A DNA stretch of 64,000 nucleotides, taken from positions 42,842,001-42,906,000 of the forward strand of contig NC_043003.1 in assembly GCF_006345805.1 (NCBI RefSeq). Direction: 5' to 3'. Shown piece by piece: positions 51,520 to 64,000 of this stretch. The notes below the pieces were generated by a model, which saw nothing but the letters and a program-made list of their open reading frames with translations, had not been told where the DNA came from and made no database searches. Within the stretch, counting starts at the first letter, position 1, and each line of letters opens with the position of its first letter. Source of the stretch: Octopus sinensis. Lineage: Eukaryota. The position numbers and the translations under genes were made by a program.

Positions 51520-52720
51520 TCCTCGGAGGGTCATGGGAGATCGTGGGAGTAGAGTCTTCAGGCACCTATTTCATAGAGTCCTATCAGTAGCATCCGTATT
51601 TAGACTTTTCGGTTAGATTCCCAAGTGCGTCCGGCTGAGACTGTCTATATTACCCTGTCGGCCATAGGTCTCCTTCTGGTTGACTCGCGGTAAAGAATCT
51701 GACATTTTCCTGCAACATTCTAATAAAATATATTGTACTGGAACTGTAACCTCTCGATGAGGTGAAGTAGCGCCACAACCTGAAGAAACTTCCTGATCTC
51801 CGAGCAACGGATTTTTTTCTGCACCATTGCTCAAGAGATCCTTCGGAAGAATCCCATTTCAGTCACTTATATTCTTTTCTGCCCAAGGCACAAGGCCCGA
51901 AATTTTGGAGAGGGGGTCAGTCGATTACATCGACGCCAGTACGCAATTGGTATTTAATTTATCGACCCTGAAAGGATGAAAAGCAAAGTTGACCTCGGCG
52001 GAATTTGAACTCAGAACGTAAATACAGACGAAACACTGCTAAGCATTTAGCCGGCGTGCTAACGTTTCTGCCAGCTCGTCGCCTTCAGTTGCTTATATTC
52101 GTGATCGCATTCTTGCAGTCATTACCTAACATTCATGATTATAGGTGAGTATATGCACGAAAATCGAATTCAAAATTGCAGTTTTGGCTTTTTTAACAAC
52201 CTCTCCTCTTTTGAGTATCGAATGCTGGAGCTAGCGTATTAATGTGCCAGTTCCTCTAATTCCCGCATTTAAATCATCCTCCTGCAGCCTATTACCCGTG
52301 AATGTGGCCCCGAGACATAGTTCCCTACTTGTCTAAGTGATGTTCCACGAACAAACAGTGTGCAATAGGAAGGCTCCTTGGAGGCGATAAATGTCTCAGA
52401 CTTTGCATCTCTAATTCTTATCCATGCCCAGCAGCACTTGACAGTGAACTCGTTCAGTGCACACTGAAGATATCCTTCCAATGAGCCAAGAAGCACTATG
52501 TTCACTACAACTATCACCTGACTAATCCTACACCTACCGTTTGTGATACAACAACCACAACGGTTGTGCATATCAATCCAGTTCATAAAAATTAAGAAAA
52601 GCTCAGGTGACAATACGCATCCTTGTTGAAGTCCCACATCCACTTTGAAAGGATTCAACTTAGCACTATTTACCCGAACACCGACGACGGGGTATTCGCA
52701 TAGGGAGTAGCGAAGTCTGG
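51520..52720 (-). mobile_element. Decayed RTE-clade LINE (RT part 52265-52720, 3' part 51520-51860) interrupted by a SINE
   Basis: VRVNSAKLNPFKVDVGLQQGCVLSPELFLIFMNWID..LQCALNEF..KSET..LRQV; C-terminal NIDSLSRTHLGI*P..DATDRTL*NRCLKTLLPR. Confidence 0.8.
51870..52085 (-). mobile_element. SINE family C, tail variant 3, full length
   Basis: TTCTTTTCTGCCCAAGGCACAAGGCCCGAAATTTTGG tail through GTGCTAACGTTTCTGCCAGCTCGTCGCC head. Confidence 0.9.
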
Positions 52721-54339
52721 AATAAGAAAAGGTTAAAAATAAAGAATGATAATATGCTTTATTGATACATCTTATTTTACTCTGAAACTTCTATAATAGC
52801 ATAAGATAAGAAACCATCATATCCTTCTCGTGGTGTTCCAAGTTAGGAGTCATAAATGATTTATTCTATCAATAAAGACATTAAATCGTGCATCCATTTA
52901 CCATTTTTCATGTACAGTAAGAAAAGTATTAATAGATTGTAGATCCACAAACTCACTCGGAACATTGCTGATTGACAAGCACCTCAAATATAGTAGAATG
53001 ATATGTTGCTAGTTTTAGTTTTAAGATGCATGTCTTCAATAAAATTACTTAAATATCCCATTTACGTGCATGACATTGAAATTTCACTTTCGAGGGCTAA
53101 ATTTCAAAACATCGTCCAAATATGAAGTGTACAAATATTAGGTACGCTGAAGAATGCAATTTATAACGAAAAATTCTAGAAAGGGTGGAATCAATTTTCA
53201 AAGGTGCCATTTGACCAGTATTACCTCCCACAAATGCAGGTGTTCAAACACTGATAACTTTATTCAATGGAACCTTAGCTTTTGTTAACATTAAGGCAAG
53301 CGCATTTTTAATGCCTAGTACGCTTTCATTTATAATAATATCAAGGGAATAACGAAGAAGCTCTGTCAATTTTCTTGTATGTCTATATCTCAGGAGGTTG
53401 ATTGACTGCGTAGAGGTTCTTCATTTAACGTTCTCCAGCTGTGTAGTTGTTGATTCTGTTTTGCTGAAGTTTAAGTCTGATCGAGCGGATATGTAGTCAA
53501 AAGTATGTCAGCAGGGACCATCCAATTTTTTTCTTGTGTTTTTTTTTCCAATGTGATCTTTCTTTAGGATGCTATGGTGTGATTTAAGCTAGATTTAGCT
53601 TCTATTTGTAGTGGATTAGTGATCGTATGTGGTTGTATGTAGTAGCCATGATGAAGTGGATGTTTGATCAGCATAACTGTTAAGGTGAAAAGCAAAATGT
53701 TTTAAAAACAAAGCTTTTACATGAAATATAGAATAAGCGTTGACAAATATAAATCTACAATCTGAACACCAGCAGGAGTTTTAACATAACAAAAATTTAT
53801 GATGGAATATTTCTTTTTCTTACTTTGTTTTTTTAAGATATTGAAAAAGAAAACTTCAAATATAATAATTATTTCGAGATGCAATTTTAACATTGGTAGT
53901 ATTTTTAGCGAAAAAAAAAATTCTGAACTGAAAAATGCATTTTTACTTTGATATTGAAGCAAAAGAAACGAAATTCAAATGTTATATTTCAATAATTTAA
54001 ACCCTGATAGCAGTTCTAACTGAGCAAAATCTAAATTCATTTAGTTTCAATACTTGTTATCATACTGTGTCTAACACAATTGCTCTTAGCTGAACTGATA
54101 CACGTACATGATGTGAATAAGGTCGAGCATAGAATGATTAAGCTGTGACCACAATACTCACCCTGTAAAATGGCTAAAGGGTGAGTGGGGTGGTCCCAAT
54201 TAGTTTACCCCCCCCCCATCCCTCATGAACACATATGTTTTGCATTCTCATATGACTGTTACTGTACAGAACTTTCTTTAAATACCCACTACCTTTCACA
54301 TTTCCTTCCCTGAGAAGTGAAGCTCAATGCCTCACACGT

Positions 54340-54957
54340 ATTCTTTTCTACTGTAGACACAAGGCCCGAATTTTTGGGGTAGTGGGACCAGACGATTAGA
54401 TTGACTCCAGTACGCAACTGGAACTTAATTTATCGACTCTGAAAGGATGAAAGGCAAAGCCGACCTCAGCGGAATTTAAACTCGGAACGAAAAGACAGAC
54501 GAAATACCGCTAAGAATTTCGGTCTGCGTGCTAACGTTTCTTATTTTTTATTGCCCACAAGGAGCTAAACATAGAGGGGACAAACAAGGACAGGCAAAGG
54601 GGCTAAGTCGATTACGTCGACCCCAGTTTGTAACTGGTACTTAATTTATCGACCCCGAAAGGATGAAAGGCAAAGTCGACCTCGGCGGAATTTGAATCCA
54701 GAACGTAGAGACAGACGAAATACCTATTTCTTTACTACCCACAAGGAGCTAAACACAGAGAGGGCAAACAAGGACAGACAAACGGATTAAGTCGATTACA
54801 TTGACCCCAGTGCGTAAGTGGTACTTATTTTATCGACCCCGAAAGGATGAAAGGCAAAGTCGACCTCGGCGGAATTTGAACTCAGAACGTAACGGCAGAC
54901 GAAATACCGCTTAAGCATTTCGCCTGGAGTGCTAACGATTCTGCCAGCTCGCCGCCT
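54340..54957 (-). mobile_element. Three stacked SINE family C units (54340-54540, 54541-54724, 54725-54957)
   Basis: The core AAAGGATGAAAGGCAAAG.CGACCTC.GCGGAATTT.AA occurs three times; junctions fall after GCTAACGTTTC (54540) and GACGAAATACC (54724); only the right-most unit has a complete head. Confidence 0.92.
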
Positions 54958-55349
54958 TACCTCGACCACAATATTGCAATATCTGTCAGTAACAGGTTGT
55001 AAAGTAATATTATCACTGTATTAATAAAGTTTGTTGGTATAGTAATGTGCTAAAAAGTTAGTTTTGTATTGTGTGATGTAGCAGATTGCTACTTTTAAGT
55101 GCTTGCGGAAGCAGTGTCAGAGCGTCATACTTGTATGACTAATGCAACTGATAGAATCGAAAAGGTATCACTTAAATCGTTACAAGCTTATTTGTGAGCC
55201 TACAGGAATATCGTTTGCTATTAATAAGAAAGTTTAACTTCCCGTGTATTTCTTCTGGTATATTATGCTGTAGTTTATCATCAACGTTTAAGATTTGCTC
55301 TAATTCATTTTGTTAGAAGGAATGACAATCATTTAATGCATTTTATGTG

Positions 55350-55900
55350 TGGTTTCAGTATTTCTAATTAGTGTTCATTGCCGGATCTGCTTATTGAGTT
55401 TCATTTGTGGTATTTGTGTTTATATTGAAATATTCTTTGTTGTTTTGTGTTTATTCTATTCTGCGCATATCTTTATTTAGTGCTTTGTCTGTGGAGATTA
55501 TTCTATATACTCTCCTGAGCGGAAATTTCAACACTGATTATATATCCGTTTAGAAATTCCTAGTTTCTATACAAGTTCAGACATTTCTTTCTGGTTTTGA
55601 TATAAACGGACAAGGTACCTGTTGTTAGGTCTAGATGTCTATACCTATATCTAGAGTAATTGTATTGCTGGGGGATGTATTTGCACTTTGCAGGGTGTTG
55701 TATTTAACACAGTGTAGTTTTCTAAGTGGTTTTTATCGACATCTATTACAGAGACCCAATATTTGCAGCACCTTAATCACGTCAGTGGGTTAACATATAC
55801 TTATGTCATAAATCTAATTCATTAAGATTATGCATTTCCAGCGTGTAAGTACTTTAGACTTCAACTCTCGCCCTGTATTCTGCACCATCATCTTATAATG
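55350..55900 (-). mobile_element. Possible very decayed Penelope-like RT C-terminal fragment
   Basis: Pieces HLDLTTGTLSVYIK/PER and SVLKFPLRRVYRIISTDKALNKDMRRIE resemble the PLE RT thumb; many stops. Confidence 0.3.
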
Positions 55901-57139
55901 TTATCCAAGAAGTTTGTGACTTAAGAAAAAATTAATTGTTTTTATTCTTTATATTGACAGAAGAGAATATTAGTAGGTCAGGAGCAAGAGACATTAAATT
56001 AATCCCATTATATGCAGGGCCTATATTTTAACGAGAATGAGTCCATGAAAATATAACTGACCGTCGGGATTTGCTCTTAGATTATACAGAAGTGAGCAAA
56101 TTAATTTGTGTCTGGTTCACAAATGATTCTGCGAAACACATTCCTCTACAATACCCAGATGTATAAGAGAATATAAAGTCAATTGAATTGTCTACAACGT
56201 GCTGCTGGTACTAAATTTATCGAATCCCAAGGAAATAAAGCTAAAAGTATACATCCACCCTCTTTTTTCTTTTTCTTTTTGACTCTCAGGTATTTATAAG
56301 AACAGTTTTTCATGCTAAACTACAGGACTTTTGAACAAATGATTGATAACTATCCTACTGGTTCTTATTATAAAGTTGGACGATGGCAAGCAGCTTTTCT
56401 CCGAGTATAAATAAAATAGTCACTGTCAGACTATAAATCACATTTTACTTTCAGCAATAAATTCTTTAACACTATGCTCTCATATACTGTTAGGTGGACA
56501 TGTAGATTGAGAATTATACGTCTTGGCCACAAACACACCAGATGAATGTCGAATAAATAGATACGGTCCTCAGGACCTTCGACTAGATAGCTATTTCCCT
56601 ACGAATTTTATTTTTCATTCGAAACAGACAGAATCTATGCTCACAATGTACGTGAAAGATGTCAAAGTATATAGCCAGGTGTACAACCACCACTACCAGT
56701 TCGCTACTTTATAAACAAGTATTGATAATCATGAAAAATAATTATAACAGTTTGCTTCATTTTACTCATATATTTCATATGTATAGCACAAGTGAATATT
56801 ATATACATATACATGCACATACATACATGCCTACGTACAATGACACATTCATATATGTATATATGTATGTACGTACGTACGTATGTATGTATGAATGTAT
56901 GTTATATGTACATATATTAATACAAGCTTGATCTATTTACCATATCTTCCATGTTAATTTTAATTTGCTTCACCAACCGTTGTTTGAGGGTTAACCAAGC
57001 ATTAAAAAAAATGCTTTTGATCTTCGGGCACACCACACATGCCCACCTTCGCTCCATTACTCAATAAATATTGCTGCCCATTAATATATAAATATAACTA
57101 AGGTGAAGAGCAGCCATGGAGCATTCTTTTATTTTAACT

Positions 57140-57373
57140 CTTTCACCATCACCATCATCATCGTCGTCGTCGGCACCATTGTCGTCATCATCAACGTCAT
57201 TACCACTACCATCACCACCACAACCACCACCACATACACCACATACACCACCGTCACCGTCATTGCAGACATCTAGGCTGTCAATGTAGTTGATTTTTCT
57301 CTCGCCGTATCTCTAGAAGTTCTTACTATAATTGATAGTAGCTATCGTTGTAAAATATAATTATTACAAATTA

Positions 57374-57422
<49 letters not shown>

Positions 57423-57457
57423 GTTGTTGTTGTTGTTATCATCATCATCACCACCAC

Positions 57458-57529
<72 letters not shown>

Positions 57530-57590
57530 AATCATCATCATCATCATCATCATCATCACCATCACCACCACTATCATTATCATAGATATT
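57140..57590. repeat. Trinucleotide tracts (CAT/CGT/CAC, TAT, TGT)
   Basis: Seen directly. Confidence 0.9.
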
Positions 57591-58069
57591 AGTTTTTGCA
57601 GTGGAATGTAATAAATTTTCGTTGCAAGTTTAGATGAAATTATCATCAAATTTTAAAGAAAATTAAAAAGGTAACACCAATCACATAGGACAAAAACAAA
57701 TATGTGAATATTAGCTGAGAGAAGGAAAGGTGTAAATATATATGTATGTATGCATGTGTGTGCGTATATATATATATATATCCTACACAAACACACATAT
57801 ACGTACACACACATGCCTATATATGATTGTGTGTATAAGCATATGCACGACATTCTAAATATGTACGTATGTATTTAATGAAAACTTGTGCACATCTGTC
57901 TGTTTGTCTACATGGAACATCGTCTAAATGGAATAAGAAAATAAATGTTGCATTAATTACTTAATTAAATTGCCATACGAATGCCCATGTAGATATATCC
58001 ATAGCCGTATTAAGTATATTCCTCTCTAACTGCCTCTCTGTCTGTCTCTCTCTGCACGCGCGTGCACAC

Positions 58070-58083
58070 ACACACGTACACAT

Positions 58084-58150
<67 letters not shown>

Positions 58151-58274
58151 ACACACATACATAACTTGTCTTAATTTATTCAATTAGTGTATTTCATCCT
58201 CCTTCTTTTCACTCCCAACCTCTCCCACCGACGGCTTTACCCTCTTGTCTTACTATATATACATATACATACAT

Positions 58275-58312
<38 letters not shown>

Positions 58313-58458
58313 ACATATATATGTACGTTTGTATGTATATATGTCTACATATATATGTATGTATACATGAATGTATGTATACATGTATATATATATATAT
58401 GTGTGTGTGTGTGCATGTGTGTATATATATATATATATAATATATATATATATAATAT

Positions 58459-58534
<76 letters not shown>

Positions 58535-58541
58535 CATGTGT

Positions 58542-58603
<62 letters not shown>

Positions 58604-58900
58604 GAGTATATGTGTGTGTGCGCACACGTGTGTGTGTTTATATATTCACACATTTTCTCATGAAAAATCTTGCAAATCATAAACAAAAACGATATCTGTA
58701 TATATAAATATGCATATAAATACACACACTGATAACATCCTTATATGCATATATATGTATGTATGTGTGTATATATGTGTGTGTATGTATATATATATAT
58801 ATATATTATATATATATGTGCATGTATATATGTATATACCTATGTATATATGCATGTGTGTGTATATGTATGTATATTTATATTGTAATTTATGCAGGTA
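58070..58900. repeat. (CA)n, (TA)n, (TG)n tracts
   Basis: Seen directly. Confidence 0.9.
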
Positions 58901-59297
58901 TATACACAATCATATTCAAGTACGTGTTATATCATATATACGCATAATTATAAATCTTATAACAAACTTCTACGCTGTGTAAACGAATATTGGTGTCTGT
59001 GTATGCGTGTGTTCGCGTGTGTGATGTAGATGTGTGCGTACATGCGATCACCCTGTGTGTGTTTACGTGTGTATGTGTATGTGCGTGTGTACGCAAACAT
59101 CCATTTACATAAAATTTTTGTTTATCCCTGTGTTTTTGTGCCTGCATTTGTGTATCTACATCTGTGTATCTGTGTGGGTGTAACTATGTGAAGTCATATC
59201 TTCAAGCACTAATGTATCTGGTCGTCTTCGGTTGAAACCCATTCAATAAAAACGGTGAGAAAATGAAAGCGTTGTACGCTTTTTAATAAAACAGAAA

Positions 59298-59660
<363 letters not shown>

Positions 59661-60064
59661 AGACAGAGAGTAGAGATAGAGAGAGACAGGGAGAGCCAAT
59701 GAGTGGAATAATGCGGAAGAGTGTATGAAGTGGTGTTAATGTGAGAATCTGTATATAACATAAAATACAGCTTATTGATTGTTAAATAATGTACACCTAT
59801 ACATCACATGCTGTCCAATTCATTTTATAAAGGTTGCCTGGGTGAGCAACAGTTCTGATATAAAAGCATTTCCAGTTTCATTCCTCTAATGTGCTCAAGT
59901 GTGGGCGGGGATGTAGACGTTTGACAAATCTCAGACGAAATTTCTACTTCACATATACAAGGGTGAGATAAAAAAAAAAGTGTCCTCTCTCTATACTCGC
60001 CAGGAGGAATATCAAACAAGACAATTAAAAGATGAGTTTCCCAGTATGTATATATAATCACATA

Positions 60065-60700
60065 TATCTGTACGTACGTACGTACGTACGTACGTATGTA
60101 TGTATGTATGTATGTATGTATGTATGTATGTATGTATGTATGTATGTATGTATGTATGTATGTATATTTGTTTGTATGCATGTATGTAAGTCAGTATTTA
60201 GTTTATTTCAAGATTTCTTGCCAATAGAGAAAGAACCGGTTTCTAACCTAGATCCAAGGTTCCTTCATTGGAATTTCAACATCAGCAGCAGGGTATTTTT
60301 GTTTCTTCGTAAGTATGTATGTATGTATGTATGTATGTATGTATGTATGTATGTATGTATGTATGTATGTATGTATGTATGTATGTATGTATGTATGTAT
60401 GTATGTATGTATGTATGTATGTGTGTGTGTATGTATGTAGTATGTATGTATGTATGTATGTATGTATGTATGGATGGATGGATGGATGGATGGATGGATG
60501 TGTGTATGTATGCATGTATGCTATTATTCAGTTTATTTCAAGATTTTTGCCAATAGAGAAAGAACCGGTTCCTAATCTAGATCCAAGGCTCCATCATTGA
60601 AATTTCAGCATCAACAACAGGGTATTTTGGCTTGTTTGTATGTATGTATGTATGTATGTATGTATGTATGTATGTATGTATGTATGCATGTATGTATGTG
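60065..60700 (-). repeat. (TATG)n arrays enclosing two ~100-bp units (60200-60299, 60530-60628); putative truncated retroelement 3' ends
   Basis: The units are ~90% identical (AGTTTATTTCAAGATTT..GCCAATAGAGAAAGAACCGGTT..CAGGGTATTTT). On the minus strand each ends GAAATAAACT shortly before (CATA)n. Confidence 0.75.
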
Positions 60701-61094
60701 TAGATTTGTATGTTTTATGAATGTATTCTCATGCATATTGTTGCATATTTAGACATGCACCTCTGACATCACAGATTTGTTGATTAACAATTGCTCGGTA
60801 CATCCCTGGAGTCTTTTCTTCCCAGCTGTTTGTTCTGCTGTTATGAGGTTATTGATTTTACAATGGTCCTGGAAGAAGAGGGTTAAACATGCTGTATATA
60901 TTTATAAATTACGTTCTGGCATGCAATTGGCCGGTAATTTTTTGCAATGTAGGTTGTTCTGCATTTGGGGATCAATTTCGTATGTATGTATGTATGTATG
61001 TATGTATGTATGTATGTATGTATGTATGTATGTATGATGTATGTATGTGTGTATATATATATATATGTGTATATGTATATGTTTGTATATATAC

Positions 61095-61129
<35 letters not shown>

Positions 61130-61220
61130 TCTATGTACATATTGTGTCTGGGGAGATTACGTCAATTATTAACACATTCATCGGTTCGATTTTCACTTAT
61201 TTACATCACACACACAAGGG

Positions 61221-61380
61221 CAGGTGTGGCTGTGTAGTAAGGAGCTTGCTCTCCTACCACATGGTTTCGGGTTCAGTACCTCAGGGTGACACCTTGTACA
61301 AATGTCTTCTGTTATAGCCTTGGGCTGACCAAAGACTTGTGAGTAGATTTGGTACACAGAAGCTGAAATAAGTCCATCAT
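61221..61380 (+). mobile_element. SINE family A 5' module
   Basis: GGTGTGGCTGTGTAGTAAGGAGCTTGC..CCACATGGTTTCGGGTTCAGT..GACCAAAGACTTGTGAGTAGATTTGGTA; followed by TA/TG repeat. Confidence 0.85.
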
Positions 61381-61404
61381 ATATATATATATGTCTGCGT
61401 GTGT

Positions 61405-61446
<42 letters not shown>

Positions 61447-61495
61447 TGTGTGTCTGTCTGTCTGTCTGTGTGTCTGTGTGTGTGTGTGCGTGTGT

Positions 61496-61608
61496 GGAGG
61501 CGCAATGGCCTAGTGGTTACGGCAGCGGACTCGCGGTCGTGGCATCACGGTTTCGATCCTCAGACCGGGCGTTGTGAGTGTTTTTTGAGCGAAAACACCT
61601 AAAGCTCT
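61496..61608 (+). mobile_element. SINE family B head, 3'-truncated
   Basis: GGAGGCGCAATGGCCTAGTGGTTACGGCAGCGGACTCGCGGTCG..GGTTTCGATCCTCAGACCGGGCG..GAGCGAAAACACCTAAAGCTC. Confidence 0.88.
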
Positions 61609-63169
61609 GCATGTATGTATGTACGTACTTAAGTACGTATGTACGCATGTAACTATGTTTAATTGCGTTTGCTATAGCCGTAACAATTTCCAATTGCTAG
61701 AACTCAATATACTTATATCAATAACGCAGAGTATTTCTAAGTTCTGGCGGCAATGAAGTGTCAATTCAATGTCGTGCTCTGCCCGGGACTCTTGCATGAA
61801 AGTGAAATTCAATATAGATGCATATAGAGACAAAACAAATGATGATCAAATTAAATGAAATGGTGAAAAGGAGGATCGAAAGCCCGTTGATAAAATTACT
61901 TGTCAAGTCATTATTTCATAGCAACTGTTTCAGTCCTCCATTAATAAACTGACCACCATCACTTTTGAGACGACCAACTTGTATTCAATTAAAATTTTGA
62001 TCGTGAATATACAAGGATCACAAATGACAAGTGATTAGCTGTAGAAATAAGATTGTAATGACAGTCACTTCACTATACACTTACAAAATTTAAACTCTTC
62101 GAATTTCTCAGAAGCTATCCTTCAGCTGAAAGGAGATGTAAACTGTAAAGGACACCTAAATTATTATCGTTTTATTGTAACACTAAATTAGACCTCGTTC
62201 AGCCGACCTATAAATCAAAGGCATTCGAATTCAAACGAATGGAGTGACACAATTTATCTAGGACTGCGATTCGAGGGATGTTTCGCTGTTATTTATAGTA
62301 GTTTGAGTAGCTACGAAGGGGTTCCCTCATAAACGAAACCAATCTACTCGGTGGATTAGTTGTTTTAAGTCATTTGTGTGAATTCAGTTAAAGACGGAAA
62401 TCTCTTCCAAGGAAATCTATATCTGAAATGAAGTTGGTACAAATAATCTTGAGCATTCCTTTATCATACGTATTCAATGAATCCAACATTAGCATCGATG
62501 GTTCAATACGGGGTCGGAAGCATTGACATGCCCGAGTCAGATGATTTTATCAATTTTGGACTTAATGCTGGTTATGGTGGACTGGAAAAATTGTATGGTG
62601 TTATAGGATAGTTGATTAACCCCTCTCTCTCGACCACGCCCCATACCTAATATTCCAGCGGATTGAGATCTGAGGAGCAAGGAGACCATGATCATAGATA
62701 TTGGCAAGTATCCACTCTTGGGTTGTACTAGCCTTGAGAGACGACACAGCCTTGTTTAAAGACGTACAATCTCCGTTACGTACACTGTCTTACTGAAAAG
62801 TAAGGTAAAAAGTATATTAAAAGAAAGTTAGATATCTGGAAAGAGGTGTCCGCTAAAAGAAAAAGTGAAAAACTGACACGCCTTGTAATATGCACAGCGA
62901 CTTACAGCGTGGCGAGCATATGTGCATTGCAATAAAACATGACAGAGCTCCATCATTCGACGATGAGGATTATGTTATTTGATCGAATGAATTACCTACT
63001 CCTGAATTAGTATATAAGTGACTAAGCATATACACATACTACACTTAGTAAGTAAGTGGCTAAGCATGTACCCATATGTATCCTTCATGTAATTCGTAGA
63101 CAGAATCAGTACGGCACAGTGTGTGACAAGGCAGTACATTTGTAATCATAAATACTACCCACACAAGCG

Positions 63170-63312
63170 GGTTATACTATTTCCATCTACGCAATTTCAC
63201 TCACATAGTTTAGATCCGTCGGAGGCTATAGAAAATTACTCTTGCCCAAGAAGCCACGCAGTTGGATAGAACCTGAATCCTCGTAGTAATGAAGCGAACT
63301 TCTTAACCATTC
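63170..63312 (-). mobile_element. Old diverged SINE family A 5' module
   Basis: TTTCCATCTAC..CACTCACA..GAGGCTATAG..CTTGCCCAAG..GCCACGCAGT..GAACC. Confidence 0.6.
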
Positions 63313-64000
63313 GGATATACTGCACTAATGCTGCAATGAAATCCACCACAGAATAACATGTAGTAAGCTACTATTATGCTTGAGGAATAGTAACTATTAT
63401 TATTTTTATGCTTGTAAAGCCAGACAAAAGTTCTTGCGATATTCTACACGGCTCTTTATAATCGTGTTCAAAACTGCCGAGGTCAGCACTTACTTTTATA
63501 ATCCTACGGTTGATAAAATATGCACTGTCGTCCCCTCATTGCATTTGGTTTATTCATTTGTTTATCTATTTATATTACTATATGGTCAAATGAATTTCTG
63601 CCTTCATGATCACCCCCTACTAATTTAATTTCGGACTTATTATAGGCAATTATATGTGTAGTACATTGATACTAGCCTCCGCCGCATTTTAATTAGGTCC
63701 ATTCTATAGCGAGTCATGTGTGTTTGGCATCGGAGTATGAATTGATGAAATTACAATGAACAAGCTAAACCAGCTGGAATAACAGACTTCACAGATCTAT
63801 TCTCCCACGAATTGTCTCTGCTAATTAGGCTCGACTTCATTAAAACCAGTTGGTCGGTTGAGGCTTTTGACATCTCTCAACATATTCAACTTCTTCAACG
63901 TCTTTGTATTTTGTGTTTTAAAGATACATATAAGAAAAGAAAACAAAATGTAATGATAACAATATCAAACAGCATGTAGTTGAAGACATGTCTATGTGAG

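Noticed and set aside
54340-54957. Regularly recurring ~190-bp units resembling an array or CRISPR
   Set aside because: The units are stacked SINE copies, there are no unique spacers between short repeats, and the context is eukaryotic with no cas genes.
63640-63860. TAAT-rich unique block resembling a homeodomain-bound enhancer
   Set aside because: TAAT words are common at this AT content, and cross-species conservation cannot be assessed here.

Overview
This is a 64-kb AT-rich animal genomic window dominated by microsatellites ((TA)n, (TG)n, (TATG)n, (GATA)n and trinucleotide tracts) and transposable-element debris. The SINE types and microsatellite density strongly suggest an octopod cephalopod (Octopus-like) intronic or intergenic region; this is inference, as no database search was run. 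No host protein-coding gene, rRNA, true tRNA gene or CRISPR array can be supported. Nearly all ORFs in the track are microsatellite translations, and the informative ones are decayed TE proteins. Recognised content includes about 30 copies or fragments of at least three tRNA-derived SINE families (called A, B and C here) and two inverted-repeat (MITE/foldback) elements. There is a 5'-truncated HERO-clade retrotransposon with a restriction-like endonuclease (31.1-33.5 kb), remnants of CR1-, RTE- and I/Jockey-like LINEs, hAT (Charlie-like) and possibly Kolobok/Mutator-like transposase remnants, and a Penelope-like (Neptune-type) GIY-YIG remnant (47.9-48.5 kb). The most interesting signal is a set of short non-coding elements, clustered at 37.5-45.3 kb with an outlier at 6.6 kb, each carrying a minimal type-I hammerhead-ribozyme-like fold. 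Their stems I and II co-vary between copies, their cores each differ from CUGANGA at one position, their 3' ends abut TA/CA microsatellites, and one truncated copy ends almost exactly at the predicted self-cleavage site. A second notable signal is SINE-into-SINE insertion at the same nucleotide in two independent loci. All identities were estimated by eye, and coordinates of decayed elements are approximate (about +/-10-30 nt).
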